64,000 nt of DNA from a virus (taxonomy: Duplodnaviria; Caudoviricetes), in the IMG/VR virus record IMGVR_UViG_3300044266_000349, positions 1-64,000 of that record; one strand, 5' to 3'. Below the pieces are notes generated by a model. That model was not told the origin of the DNA. It saw only the letters and a program-made list of their open reading frames with translations, and searched no databases. Shown piece by piece: positions 18,391 to 26,337 of the stretch (position 1 is the stretch's first letter; every line of letters begins with the position of its first letter). Position numbers and translations under genes: made by a program.

Positions 18391-19053
18391 ATGTTTAATT
18401 ATGTACCAGTAAAAGAATTGCCGTCACTGTCGTCTGTCACTCAGCCAGATGGCAAAAGATATTACACATTACCCAACGGTAAAAATGTTCCTTCTGTGAC
18501 CACCGTTATTGGTGCCATGAAGAAACAATCCATATTGGAATGGCGTAAACGTGTAGGCGAAGAAGAAGCAAATAGAATCTCTCGCACTGCGGCCAGTCGT
18601 GGTACAAACACACACAAACTCATTGAAAACTACCTGAACAATGAGCCTCTCGGCGACAACATAATGCCAGATGCCAAGACGATGTTTTTAAGTTTAAAGC
18701 CACTTCTAAACAACATCAATAACATACACTACCAAGAGGCCGCATTGTGGTCGGAAACGATTGAATTGGCTGGTCGTGTAGATTGTATTGCTGAGTATAA
18801 TGGTGTATTGTCGGTTATTGATTTTAAAACCTCCAAGAAAATTAAAACAAAAGAAGATATACCAGATTACTTTGCACAATGCACTGCATATGCGTTGATG
18901 TATGAGGAATTGGTAGGTGTTCCAATTAATCAGTTCGTTGTGCTGATGGGTGTAACTGATTGTCCTCCTTTGGTTTTTATTGAAAAAACAGAGGATCACA
19001 TAAATACCTTAATTGAACACATCAATTTCTATAAAAAAACGCTTGACAAATAA
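18391..19053 (+). CDS. Cas4-like PD-(D/E)XK exonuclease (phage exonuclease)
   Basis: PSVTTVI, RGT..H, LAGRVDCI, VIDFKTS, Q..AYALM. Confidence 0.88.
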   Translation: MFNYVPVKELPSLSSVTQPDGKRYYTLPNGKNVPSVTTVIGAMKKQSILEWRKRVGEEEANRISRTAASRGTNTHKLIENYLNNEPLGDNIMPDAKTMFLSLKPLLNNINNIHYQEAALWSETIELAGRVDCIAEYNGVLSVIDFKTSKKIKTKEDIPDYFAQCTAYALMYEELVGVPINQFVVLMGVTDCPPLVFIEKTEDHINTLIEHINFYKKTLDK

Positions 19054-19071
19054 ATAATAGACCAGTATAAT
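19043..19071 (+). promoter_or_regulatory. consensus sigma70 promoter with embedded late TAAATA
   Basis: TTGACA, 17 bp, TATAAT; TAAATA at 19051-19056. Confidence 0.85.
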
Positions 19072-19079
19072 CTGGTACT

Positions 19080-19390
19080 ATGGTTGTATGAAGCAACGTG
19101 GAGACAAGCAAGACGGCGGGGCAGTACCGCCCAGGTCCACCATAAGAGTTTAGGTCTGCGCCGTGCGGTAATGAAGATGACTAAGGGATCACGGACATCC
19201 ATTTAATCTAAGCCTAAATTCTTATGATGGGCCTGAAATAGTTTCGATTGCGTGGGTATATGAAGTGGACAACTCGGTAGGCGATGACCGTAAATCAAGC
19301 AAAACGATAAATGCAAACGATGAAAAGTTCGCATTAGCAGCCTAATTACTGCTTAGGGTTCGGTGGGTTCCTCGTAACAGAATACCCACC
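19080..19390 (+). ncRNA. ssrA: circularly permuted (two-piece) tmRNA
   Basis: T-arm GGCGG-GGCAGTA-CCGCC and CAGGTCC-A-CCA (19132-19142) lie upstream of the 5' end GGGCCTGAAATAGTTTCGA (19229); acceptor stem pairs fully with G3-U70; tag GCAAACGATGAAAAGTTCGCATTAGCAGCCTAA = ANDEKFALAA* (19313-19345). Confidence 0.93.
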
Positions 19391-19416
19391 ACATGTTTAA
19401 CAACAAGGAGTTTATT

Positions 19417-19950
19417 TTGAAGAAAACAATTATTGCTCTCACAATGGGTACTTTGATGGGCGCCGTATCTGCTGCTACAGTCAGTCTAGATGTGGATCAT
19501 GTCAAAGATGACAAGACTCATGCCAAGAGCACTGCACAATATTTGCGTGTGAATGGCACAGTTGACGGCCTAGACCTTGGTCTTCAGGCTCGGACAGCCA
19601 CCTTCGCTAAAGGTGGAATGGTGAATAGTCTTGAATTGACCGCTGGCTCTAAGATGGGTCCTGTTGCCGTATTTGGTGGTGTAGGATTTGACAATGGTTT
19701 GAATGGTGTTAAGCCATTTGAGTATGGGCTTCTTGGTGCATCTATGGGTGCCAAGTTCGGTGTTCTGAATACGTTTGCCGGTGTTAAGACCCGTGTAAAT
19801 TTCAACTCTACAAATCCTAAGCAAACTGTAATGTTTGCAGGTGCCACTATGCCTGTTACCAAGGGTCTTTCTCTTGATGCTGGCGTTAGCAAGAGTTTCC
19901 AGACAATCAAAGAGACCGCTGTTGGTCTAGGCGTAAGCGCCAAGTTTTAA
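19417..19950 (+). CDS. exported outer-membrane beta-barrel-like protein
   Basis: TTG start after AGGAG; signal peptide KKTIIAL...AVSA; alternating beta-strands; C-terminal Phe. Confidence 0.7.
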   Translation: MKKTIIALTMGTLMGAVSAATVSLDVDHVKDDKTHAKSTAQYLRVNGTVDGLDLGLQARTATFAKGGMVNSLELTAGSKMGPVAVFGGVGFDNGLNGVKPFEYGLLGASMGAKFGVLNTFAGVKTRVNFNSTNPKQTVMFAGATMPVTKGLSLDAGVSKSFQTIKETAVGLGVSAKF

Positions 19951-19967
19951 TCTAATAGGAGTTTAAT

Positions 19968-20180
19968 ATGAAATCAGTTATCGCACTTGTATTGGCTGCT
20001 TTTGCTGCCTCTTCTTTTGCTGCCGATGCTGCTAAGCCAGCTGCTGCCGCTTCTGCTGCAGCTCCTGCTTCTGCCGCTTCTGCTGCTAAGAAGGAAGAAA
20101 AGAAAGCCGAGAAGAAGGCTGCTCACGAAGCTAAGAAAGCCGAAAAGAAGGCTGAAGCTGCTTCTGAAGCCAAGAAGTAA
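19968..20180 (+). CDS. small exported Ala/Lys-rich protein
   Basis: signal peptide MKSVIALVLAAFAASSFA; AASAAAPASAAS and KKAEKK repeats. Confidence 0.8.
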   Translation: MKSVIALVLAAFAASSFAADAAKPAAAASAAAPASAASAAKKEEKKAEKKAAHEAKKAEKKAEAASEAKK

Positions 20181-20235
20181 TCTTCTCACAGTTTTGCCGG
20201 GTCTGTAAAACCCGGCCAACCAAACACAAAGAACT

Positions 20236-20751
20236 ATGATTAAGAAAACACTACAAGCATTTGCCTTGTTTGCTGTCTTATTCTTTTCATATTTTGCTAC
20301 GGTTTCGGTGACAGAGAAATTGTACCACAAGCATGTGGAATATCAAATACGAAAAGATTACACCAGACAAGTAGAATGCCTCGCCAAAAACATATATTAT
20401 GAATCGGCAACTGAGCCGTATGAAGGCAAACTGGCGGTCGCACAAGTGACCATTAATCGTACTAACAATCCGAATTTTCCGTCAGATTTTTGTTCGGTCG
20501 TTTATGAAAGAAACGAAAAAACCTGTCAATTTTCATGGACTTGTATGCAGTCATATGTAAAACATCCAGATGAATACACTTGGGAAGAATGTATGAACAT
20601 TGCAAAGATGGCCATGTTAAAACCAGCGTTGCATCGTGAATTGGCTTTCTCTAAAGCAATTTATTACCATGCAACTTACATATCACCTGGCTGGAAAAAC
20701 GTAAGAATGGTTAAGAAAATCGGTTCTCACGTTTTCTATACTCCGGCATAA
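20236..20751 (+). CDS. SleB-like cell wall hydrolase (Hydrolase_2)
   Basis: CLAKNIYYES..E...GK.AVAQV..NR...CQFSW...YYHATY...IG.H.FY; N-terminal TM anchor. Confidence 0.9.
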   Translation: MIKKTLQAFALFAVLFFSYFATVSVTEKLYHKHVEYQIRKDYTRQVECLAKNIYYESATEPYEGKLAVAQVTINRTNNPNFPSDFCSVVYERNEKTCQFSWTCMQSYVKHPDEYTWEECMNIAKMAMLKPALHRELAFSKAIYYHATYISPGWKNVRMVKKIGSHVFYTPA

Positions 20752-20758
20752 AAGATGG

Positions 20759-20793
20759 CGCAAGTCCGAAAGGGCTTGCCTCTTTTCTTTTTT
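20759..20793 (+). terminator. intrinsic terminator overlapping the next promoter
   Basis: GCAAGTCC-GAAA-GGGCTTGC followed by T-rich run; TTGCCT-17-TACAAT at 20776-20804. Confidence 0.7.
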
Positions 20794-20831
20794 CACTATA
20801 CAATCCCATCACACTAACTCTCTGTTATATT

Positions 20832-21053
20832 ATGCCAACCAGAAATGAAATTAATGATTTTAGTTTGATGATTGATAACCTTGCTGAAGATTTAATCTGT
20901 ACAAGAATGGATGCAATCATTCATCACTGTGAAAAAACAGGAATGGAATTAGAAGTAGCCTCTACACTCATATCTGCTGCACTTAAAGCCAAGATTCGTG
21001 AAGAAGCCGAAGAACTTAATCTACTACGTTCCACATCTAAATTACCACTTTGA
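20832..21053 (+). CDS. gp33: late transcription coactivator
   Basis: MDAIIHHCE...E...LIS..LK.KI..EA.ELNLL; upstream of gp59 as in T4-like phages. Confidence 0.85.
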   Translation: MPTRNEINDFSLMIDNLAEDLICTRMDAIIHHCEKTGMELEVASTLISAALKAKIREEAEELNLLRSTSKLPL

Positions 21054-21664
21054 TTACTGATAACTCAGGGTTTGCGGCCTATAATTTGTATCAGGCCATC
21101 AAACTCCATTTCACCTCCAGTTACGATTATTTCAAGTACAATGGCAAGACCAATGTATCTCAAGACTCGTTTATGCGTAACAAGTCTAAATATTCCTTTT
21201 ATAAATTGTCTAGGAAATATTCCTATGACGAACTAAAAGATTATTACCTGTCAAATTTCGTATCACATGATGTGAATTGGGTCGGTGAAATTACCGGTGC
21301 AGAAGGTGAAGAGACGTACAAAAAGTGGCAGAAAAGAATCCAGGGCTTGACATATCTCTTCGAACAAGATACAATGCGTGTCATGGATTCGGTGAATTCT
21401 CCTAATGAACTACTGGCAGTTAAAGATGGGCAATATCCAAAACTGTTGGTATTGTCACAACAAGGAGACATTGCAATTGAAACCTTGGTCATCATGAATG
21501 ATTTGATGAATTTCTTCCCGATGTGGGATAAAAAAATATCTGATAACATCATATGGCCATCGTACAAAAACAAGTGCATAAAGTATTCGCCATTTTTAAA
21601 TTACGATAGACAAAAGTTCAAAACTATTTTACGAGAAAGTATAGAAAATCATGCCGAAGTTTAG
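21050..21664 (+). CDS. gp59: helicase loader
   Basis: Y.AIKLHF...YDYFKY.GK...F.KL. Confidence 0.9.
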   Translation: MITDNSGFAAYNLYQAIKLHFTSSYDYFKYNGKTNVSQDSFMRNKSKYSFYKLSRKYSYDELKDYYLSNFVSHDVNWVGEITGAEGEETYKKWQKRIQGLTYLFEQDTMRVMDSVNSPNELLAVKDGQYPKLLVLSQQGDIAIETLVIMNDLMNFFPMWDKKISDNIIWPSYKNKCIKYSPFLNYDRQKFKTILRESIENHAEV

Positions 21665-22142
21665 CATATGCAAAATCTATCTTGATATGGATGGTGTCAT
21701 TTCCGACTTCAGTAAAAGGTATGAAGAACTTTATGGTGAAACACCAGAACGCCATGATAGTTCCAAAAAATTCAACAAGAACTTTTCGGATTTTATTGAA
21801 GGTGGGCATTTTGCAACATTGGATCCTATGCCAGGTATGATGTTGTTGGTTGATTTCCTACGCAAGGCACCAGTGCCAACAGAGATTTTATCTTCAACCG
21901 CAAGAGAAGATAGACACCATGAAATCGCCAGACAAAAAATGGTGTGGTTGCAGACCCATGGTATTACATTCAAACCTAACTTTGTTCCTGGTAAAAAATT
22001 AAAGAAGAACTATGCTTCTATGGATTCTCTGATTATTGATGATACCGAAAGTGTGATTGGTGATTGGATGAAAGAAGGTGGTCATACCATTTGGCATCAG
22101 AATGTCCCATCAACACTGGCAATCTTGAAGACAATGTTTTGA
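21651..22142 (+). CDS. HAD-family 5'(3')-deoxyribonucleotidase
   Basis: IYLDMDGVISDF...K..W...LIIDD. Confidence 0.85.
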   Translation: MPKFSICKIYLDMDGVISDFSKRYEELYGETPERHDSSKKFNKNFSDFIEGGHFATLDPMPGMMLLVDFLRKAPVPTEILSSTAREDRHHEIARQKMVWLQTHGITFKPNFVPGKKLKKNYASMDSLIIDDTESVIGDWMKEGGHTIWHQNVPSTLAILKTMF

Positions 22143-22167
22143 CTTCACCTAAATAAATGTATATAAT
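22139..22167 (+). promoter_or_regulatory. sigma70 plus late promoter for gp32
   Basis: TTGACT, 17 bp, TATAAT; TAAATA at 22150-22155. Confidence 0.8.
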
Positions 22168-22227
22168 GTACAAGGTGGATAATCCGTTAACAAACCGTTT
22201 ATATTCCGTTTATACGAAAGGATAATT

Positions 22228-23106
22228 ATGAGCTCATTTGCAAACCTCAAGCGCCAATCTGGCAATCTTGACAAACTCACGAAAGCTATTGAAGCACTCA
22301 ATGCTTCATCAGAGGGATCTGATAGCCGTGACAACTACTGGAAACCTGAAGTTGACAAGTCCGGCAACGGCATGGCAACTCTTCGTTTTCTTCCTGCATC
22401 TCCCGGTGATGGTGATGATGCTCTGCCATGGGTGAAAGTATTCTCTCATGGATTCCAAGGTCCTGGTGGCTGGTTGATTGACAACTGTCTGACAACCAAG
22501 AATCAACAATGCCCTGTGTGTGAGCACAATAACAAGTTGTGGAACTCTGGTATTGAAGCCAACAAGGAAATTGTGCGTAAACAAAAACGTAAGTTGAATT
22601 ATATCGCTAACGTTTACATTGTGTCTGATCCTAAGCATCCTGAAAATGAGGGTAAGGTCTTCCTGTACAAGTTTGGTAAGAAAATCTTTGACAAACTGAA
22701 TGAAGCCATGAACCCACAATTTGAAGATGAAACACCTATCAATCCGTTTGATATGTGGAAGGGTGCTAACTTCAAGCTGAAGATTCGTAAGGTTGAAGGA
22801 TATCAGAACTACGATAAGTCTGAGTTTGAATCTCCTGCACCATTGTCACAAGATGATGATGAACTGGAAAGAATCTGGAAGATGGAACACACTCTGAAGG
22901 ATCTTGTTGATGACAAGCAATTCAAACCTTATGATGAACTTAAATCTCGTCTGGAGAAAGTTCTTGGATTGAATGGTGATGTACCTGCAGCACGTACTAC
23001 TGTTGAACAGATGCGATCTGCACCTAAGGTATCACGCCCTGAGCCAGAACTAGAATCTGATATGGACGATGATATGGCCTATTTTAGTAAGTTGGCCGAA
23101 GACTGA
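22228..23106 (+). CDS. gp32: single-stranded DNA-binding protein
   Basis: GNG.A.LRFLP, HGFQGPGGW.I.NC..T....CPVCE, NPFD.W.GANF.LK, acidic tail. Confidence 0.97.
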   Translation: MSSFANLKRQSGNLDKLTKAIEALNASSEGSDSRDNYWKPEVDKSGNGMATLRFLPASPGDGDDALPWVKVFSHGFQGPGGWLIDNCLTTKNQQCPVCEHNNKLWNSGIEANKEIVRKQKRKLNYIANVYIVSDPKHPENEGKVFLYKFGKKIFDKLNEAMNPQFEDETPINPFDMWKGANFKLKIRKVEGYQNYDKSEFESPAPLSQDDDELERIWKMEHTLKDLVDDKQFKPYDELKSRLEKVLGLNGDVPAARTTVEQMRSAPKVSRPEPELESDMDDDMAYFSKLAED

Positions 23107-23124
23107 ACCGTGTGAAGGCAGTGC

Positions 23125-23149
23125 AACCCCGCTTCGGCGGGGTTTTTTA
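23125..23149. terminator. intrinsic terminator between convergent blocks
   Basis: AACCCCGC-TTCG-GCGGGGTT followed by T run. Confidence 0.9.
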
Positions 23150-23151
23150 TT

Positions 23152-24852
23152 TTATACTACTCTTGTGCTATAAACAAGCATTCTTCTGAATGTGGGCTCA
23201 GTATTTCTTACCGAGATTTTATCCAATTTGAATAAATCTGGTTGTGATATTTTCTTTATTATCTTTGTTGGTTCTTGTTTGTTGACAACTGTTTTTTCTA
23301 AAGGATTTACCGGATTCAAGAACTGTCGAATATTTAAATCTTGATTTTCTTTTGACATTGAAGTGACAGCCTGGCTAACCTTTGTGGAATCCATAGCTTG
23401 TATTCTTGGTTCTTCATTCTTAACTAAATTTTCTACTTTTAGTGTTTGTTTCAAATTACCTTCTTTGTCATATTTGTCACCGTATTGACTATCCCATTGT
23501 TTTTGTGCCTGCGACAGTTTATTTTTTTCCATCTGATATTGTACAGCACCAACTTTACCAACTTGTGGCAAAGATGATTCGTCCGGTCTAGCACCTACTT
23601 TTTCAGGTAAAGCGACTCCAGATTCAATCTGTTGTGGAGTTAACTTTTGTGCTGATGGAGTCGTTGCAGAATTTTGACGCAACCATTCTTCTTGTTTTTG
23701 TTTTTCTTTAGCCACCAAGTCTTTACGCATACCGCTAGGATCATAATATTCTGCAAATTTTTTATCCCAATTAATTGCACGAGCACCTGCACCTTCCGGT
23801 CTCGTAGGTACTTCTGTGGCCATATTCTGCATCACTTTAATTGATACTGGCTGAGTTACGGGACCTCTTTCTTTTAATTCTTTTAGTGAACTTTCCAACT
23901 TAGAACGCCCACCTAGCTTTTTCATTTCAGCTTCATCATTACGATCCAGTATGGCCTGTATTTTTTCTGGTGATCCCAAATCATCAATTATTTTACGTAA
24001 GTTTTCTTCACCACCATAATGCTTAATGTCATCTGGTAAACCAGATTTTAAAACTTCTGCGGCTTCTTGTGCAGATAAAGCCCTTGTATTTGGTGTTGCT
24101 TTATTCAACCTATTTAAAAATTCACTTATTGCCATGCCAGCCAATATTGCAGCACCAAAAGCCAAAAATGCAGGATGCATGAACAGTCTGGCTAACCACG
24201 GTCCTATTTTGGAAAGTGCCCGCACCCATTCGAATGCTTGCATAATGTTTTCTATGAGTCCCATTATTTTTCCAAATGGATCATTTTCTTCAGCTTCTTT
24301 TTTACTTGTGACACCAACACCAGAAGATTTTAAAATTGCTTTTATGAGTTCGTCATGCCTCTTTTGTTTTTCATTCTGTTCTTCTTCTTTGAAATTCTGT
24401 AATTTTTCAAATCGCAACATATCTTTTTCATGTGTTTTTTTCATGAAATTAAATATGCGTTGTAACATTGCCGTATTTTGAGCTTGTGCCTGACCTTTAA
24501 CAGCAGTCGCACTATTAACTTTACCGACATTACCGCCGGCTATATTTTTTAACAGTCGAGCATTTTGTGCAAAATATGTTATGTCTTTCTGACTTCTACC
24601 TAAAGCTTTACCTAAAAGTGCTGGACCCAAACTTGAACCGCCAGTCAAAGCTTTAGCCATGTTTAGTGGATCAAATTTTTCTTTAATGCCTGTAACATGC
24701 GCTTTGAACTTTTCAGAAATGCCGGCTTTAAATGATTCTTTAATAGATTTGCCGGAAGTAATTTCTGTTGCTATTACATCAGAGAGCTTTCTAGCTCTTA
24801 TATTTGCGGCTTTACGGTATTCCATTTTAAGACATTCCTTGTGACTTTTCAA
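23152..24852 (-). CDS. baseplate hub / tape-measure-like protein (gp29-like position)
   Basis: helical, central hydrophobic stretch; synteny downstream of gp26-gp51. Confidence 0.5.
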   Translation of the reverse strand: MKSHKECLKMEYRKAANIRARKLSDVIATEITSGKSIKESFKAGISEKFKAHVTGIKEKFDPLNMAKALTGGSSLGPALLGKALGRSQKDITYFAQNARLLKNIAGGNVGKVNSATAVKGQAQAQNTAMLQRIFNFMKKTHEKDMLRFEKLQNFKEEEQNEKQKRHDELIKAILKSSGVGVTSKKEAEENDPFGKIMGLIENIMQAFEWVRALSKIGPWLARLFMHPAFLAFGAAILAGMAISEFLNRLNKATPNTRALSAQEAAEVLKSGLPDDIKHYGGEENLRKIIDDLGSPEKIQAILDRNDEAEMKKLGGRSKLESSLKELKERGPVTQPVSIKVMQNMATEVPTRPEGAGARAINWDKKFAEYYDPSGMRKDLVAKEKQKQEEWLRQNSATTPSAQKLTPQQIESGVALPEKVGARPDESSLPQVGKVGAVQYQMEKNKLSQAQKQWDSQYGDKYDKEGNLKQTLKVENLVKNEEPRIQAMDSTKVSQAVTSMSKENQDLNIRQFLNPVNPLEKTVVNKQEPTKIIKKISQPDLFKLDKISVRNTEPTFRRMLVYSTRVV

Positions 24853-26152
24853 TTATCGCAGGAGGAACGTATCTTACTTTTTCCGATCCTCTGCGCGCTG
24901 CAGGTGGTACAATAGCTGTTTGTGTGGGTGCTTGTGGCGTATTTCCTTCCAACTTTGCAGTTGTTTGTATACTTTGTTTAAGGTCCTTATTTTCTTTTGC
25001 TGCAGCAGATATTTTATCCGATATATTACCTGGAGGAGCAGGTACAGCTTCAGGAACCGCATCTACTCCTTTTCCTGCAAATTTACCCGAACCTTCATCG
25101 ACACCTGTTTGGCCAGTAAATTGTAAGTGAAAATGGCCGCCCGTAGCATGTGCGGAGGGTCTGGCATATTCATCAATTACATAACCACCAGTTTGTTGTG
25201 CAAGTTTTTGTGCAAATTGTTGCCTTAAATCATCATTCGTGGCAATCTCTTTGGGTAATACAAAATCTACCGCAAGACCTTTTGTGTGTAATGAATTTGG
25301 AGCTTTTTCTGTGTGGAATTGGTCGTTGAATCCTGTGAACACAACACCCGGAACACTGTCTTTCACAACACCTGCTGCTTTTATAACAGTAGGTGAAATA
25401 AATGCTCTTTCTCTTTGTGTTGCACCAACTTTAATATTAAATCCCATACGAGATAGATCATCTTCAGAATACGAATTGTCGGATGATGGTATCGTTGAAG
25501 TCAGCGCAGCTCCGCCTAATATTCCAGCTGTGATACCAATCTTTGAAGTGAATTTTGATGATGAAAAAGTGGGAATTCCAGATGAAATTTTTGGTGTGGT
25601 TCTGGGGCTTGTTATTTTTTTACCAGAAATAAAAGTTTTTTTCGTTGATATTGGTCTGGTATATGGTTTTTTCTTAGTTTTAGGTTTAGATTCTGCTGAT
25701 TTTTTTGGTCTGCTGGTTTTAATTTGTGTTGTTTTCTTCGGCGCCGCAGCCATACTGTTCACCGATTTATTATTTTCTCGTTTCTTTTTTTCCGGTAAAG
25801 ATTTGGTAGTTTTCGAATCTTGTGGTTCTGCAATAGATTGCTCTATTTTATTTTGTTCTTTTTGTGCTCTGTCTGTCGTATCTTGATTGGCCGAAATTTT
25901 TTCTCCAAAGGCATCCAGTAATTCTTTATGTCTCTTATTTTCCAATATACCATCAAGTTGGTTTCTCTTTTCTTCTATCTCAAACTGTAATTGTTTAACT
26001 TCTTCCGCATCGAGCAAGAATTTATAAATTTTATCCAAAATTGTAGTTTGAGGAGAAACACTTTCCACATTTTCTGGAAGCGAATTAAAATTGAGCAACG
26101 AAGACACAATCGTCTTCATTGCATCTGATACGACAGGCTTTGCTGTTTCCAT
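24827..26152 (-). CDS. tail-associated protein with peptidase M15/LAS-type domain
   Basis: HTKGLAVD (H-x6-D) and GHFH (HxH) zinc ligands. Confidence 0.6.
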   Translation of the reverse strand: METAKPVVSDAMKTIVSSLLNFNSLPENVESVSPQTTILDKIYKFLLDAEEVKQLQFEIEEKRNQLDGILENKRHKELLDAFGEKISANQDTTDRAQKEQNKIEQSIAEPQDSKTTKSLPEKKKRENNKSVNSMAAAPKKTTQIKTSRPKKSAESKPKTKKKPYTRPISTKKTFISGKKITSPRTTPKISSGIPTFSSSKFTSKIGITAGILGGAALTSTIPSSDNSYSEDDLSRMGFNIKVGATQRERAFISPTVIKAAGVVKDSVPGVVFTGFNDQFHTEKAPNSLHTKGLAVDFVLPKEIATNDDLRQQFAQKLAQQTGGYVIDEYARPSAHATGGHFHLQFTGQTGVDEGSGKFAGKGVDAVPEAVPAPPGNISDKISAAAKENKDLKQSIQTTAKLEGNTPQAPTQTAIVPPAARRGSEKVRYVPPAIIEKSQGMS

Positions 26153-26287
26153 TTATTTTTTTCTCTGCATCTCTTTTAATTTTTGATTTTCTTCCTCAAT
26201 ATACTGTATTAATAAATTCACATAAATGTCTCTCTCCCACGGCAACATATTTTCGAGTTCGGTCAAGCTATATTTGTGGTGTTGCAT
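26153..26287 (-). CDS. gp51: baseplate hub assembly catalyst (not in ORF track)
   Basis: reverse translation MQHHKYSLTELENMLPWERDIYVNLLIQYIEEENQKLKEMQRKK*; open frame extends upstream to the end of gp26. Confidence 0.85.
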   Translation of the reverse strand: MQHHKYSLTELENMLPWERDIYVNLLIQYIEEENQKLKEMQRKK

Positions 26288-26337
26288 TAAGGAGAAGTTC
26301 GTTGTATAATAGTTTCTCAAATCATCATGACGAAGTA

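Noticed and set aside
18391-19053. CRISPR-Cas Cas4
   Set aside because: Stand-alone Cas4-like exonucleases are common in T4-like phages; no cas genes or array here
19112-19142. tRNA gene
   Set aside because: Only a T-arm and acceptor 3' strand; it pairs with the downstream tmRNA 5' end
19143-19228. Pistol or hammerhead ribozyme in the tmRNA spacer
   Set aside because: Superficial CCGTG/CACGG and CTAAGCC similarity, but the pseudoknot pairing and catalytic core motifs are absent by eye
25239-25886. 215-aa plus-strand hydrophobic ORF
   Set aside because: Antisense shadow of the Lys-rich region of the minus-strand gene
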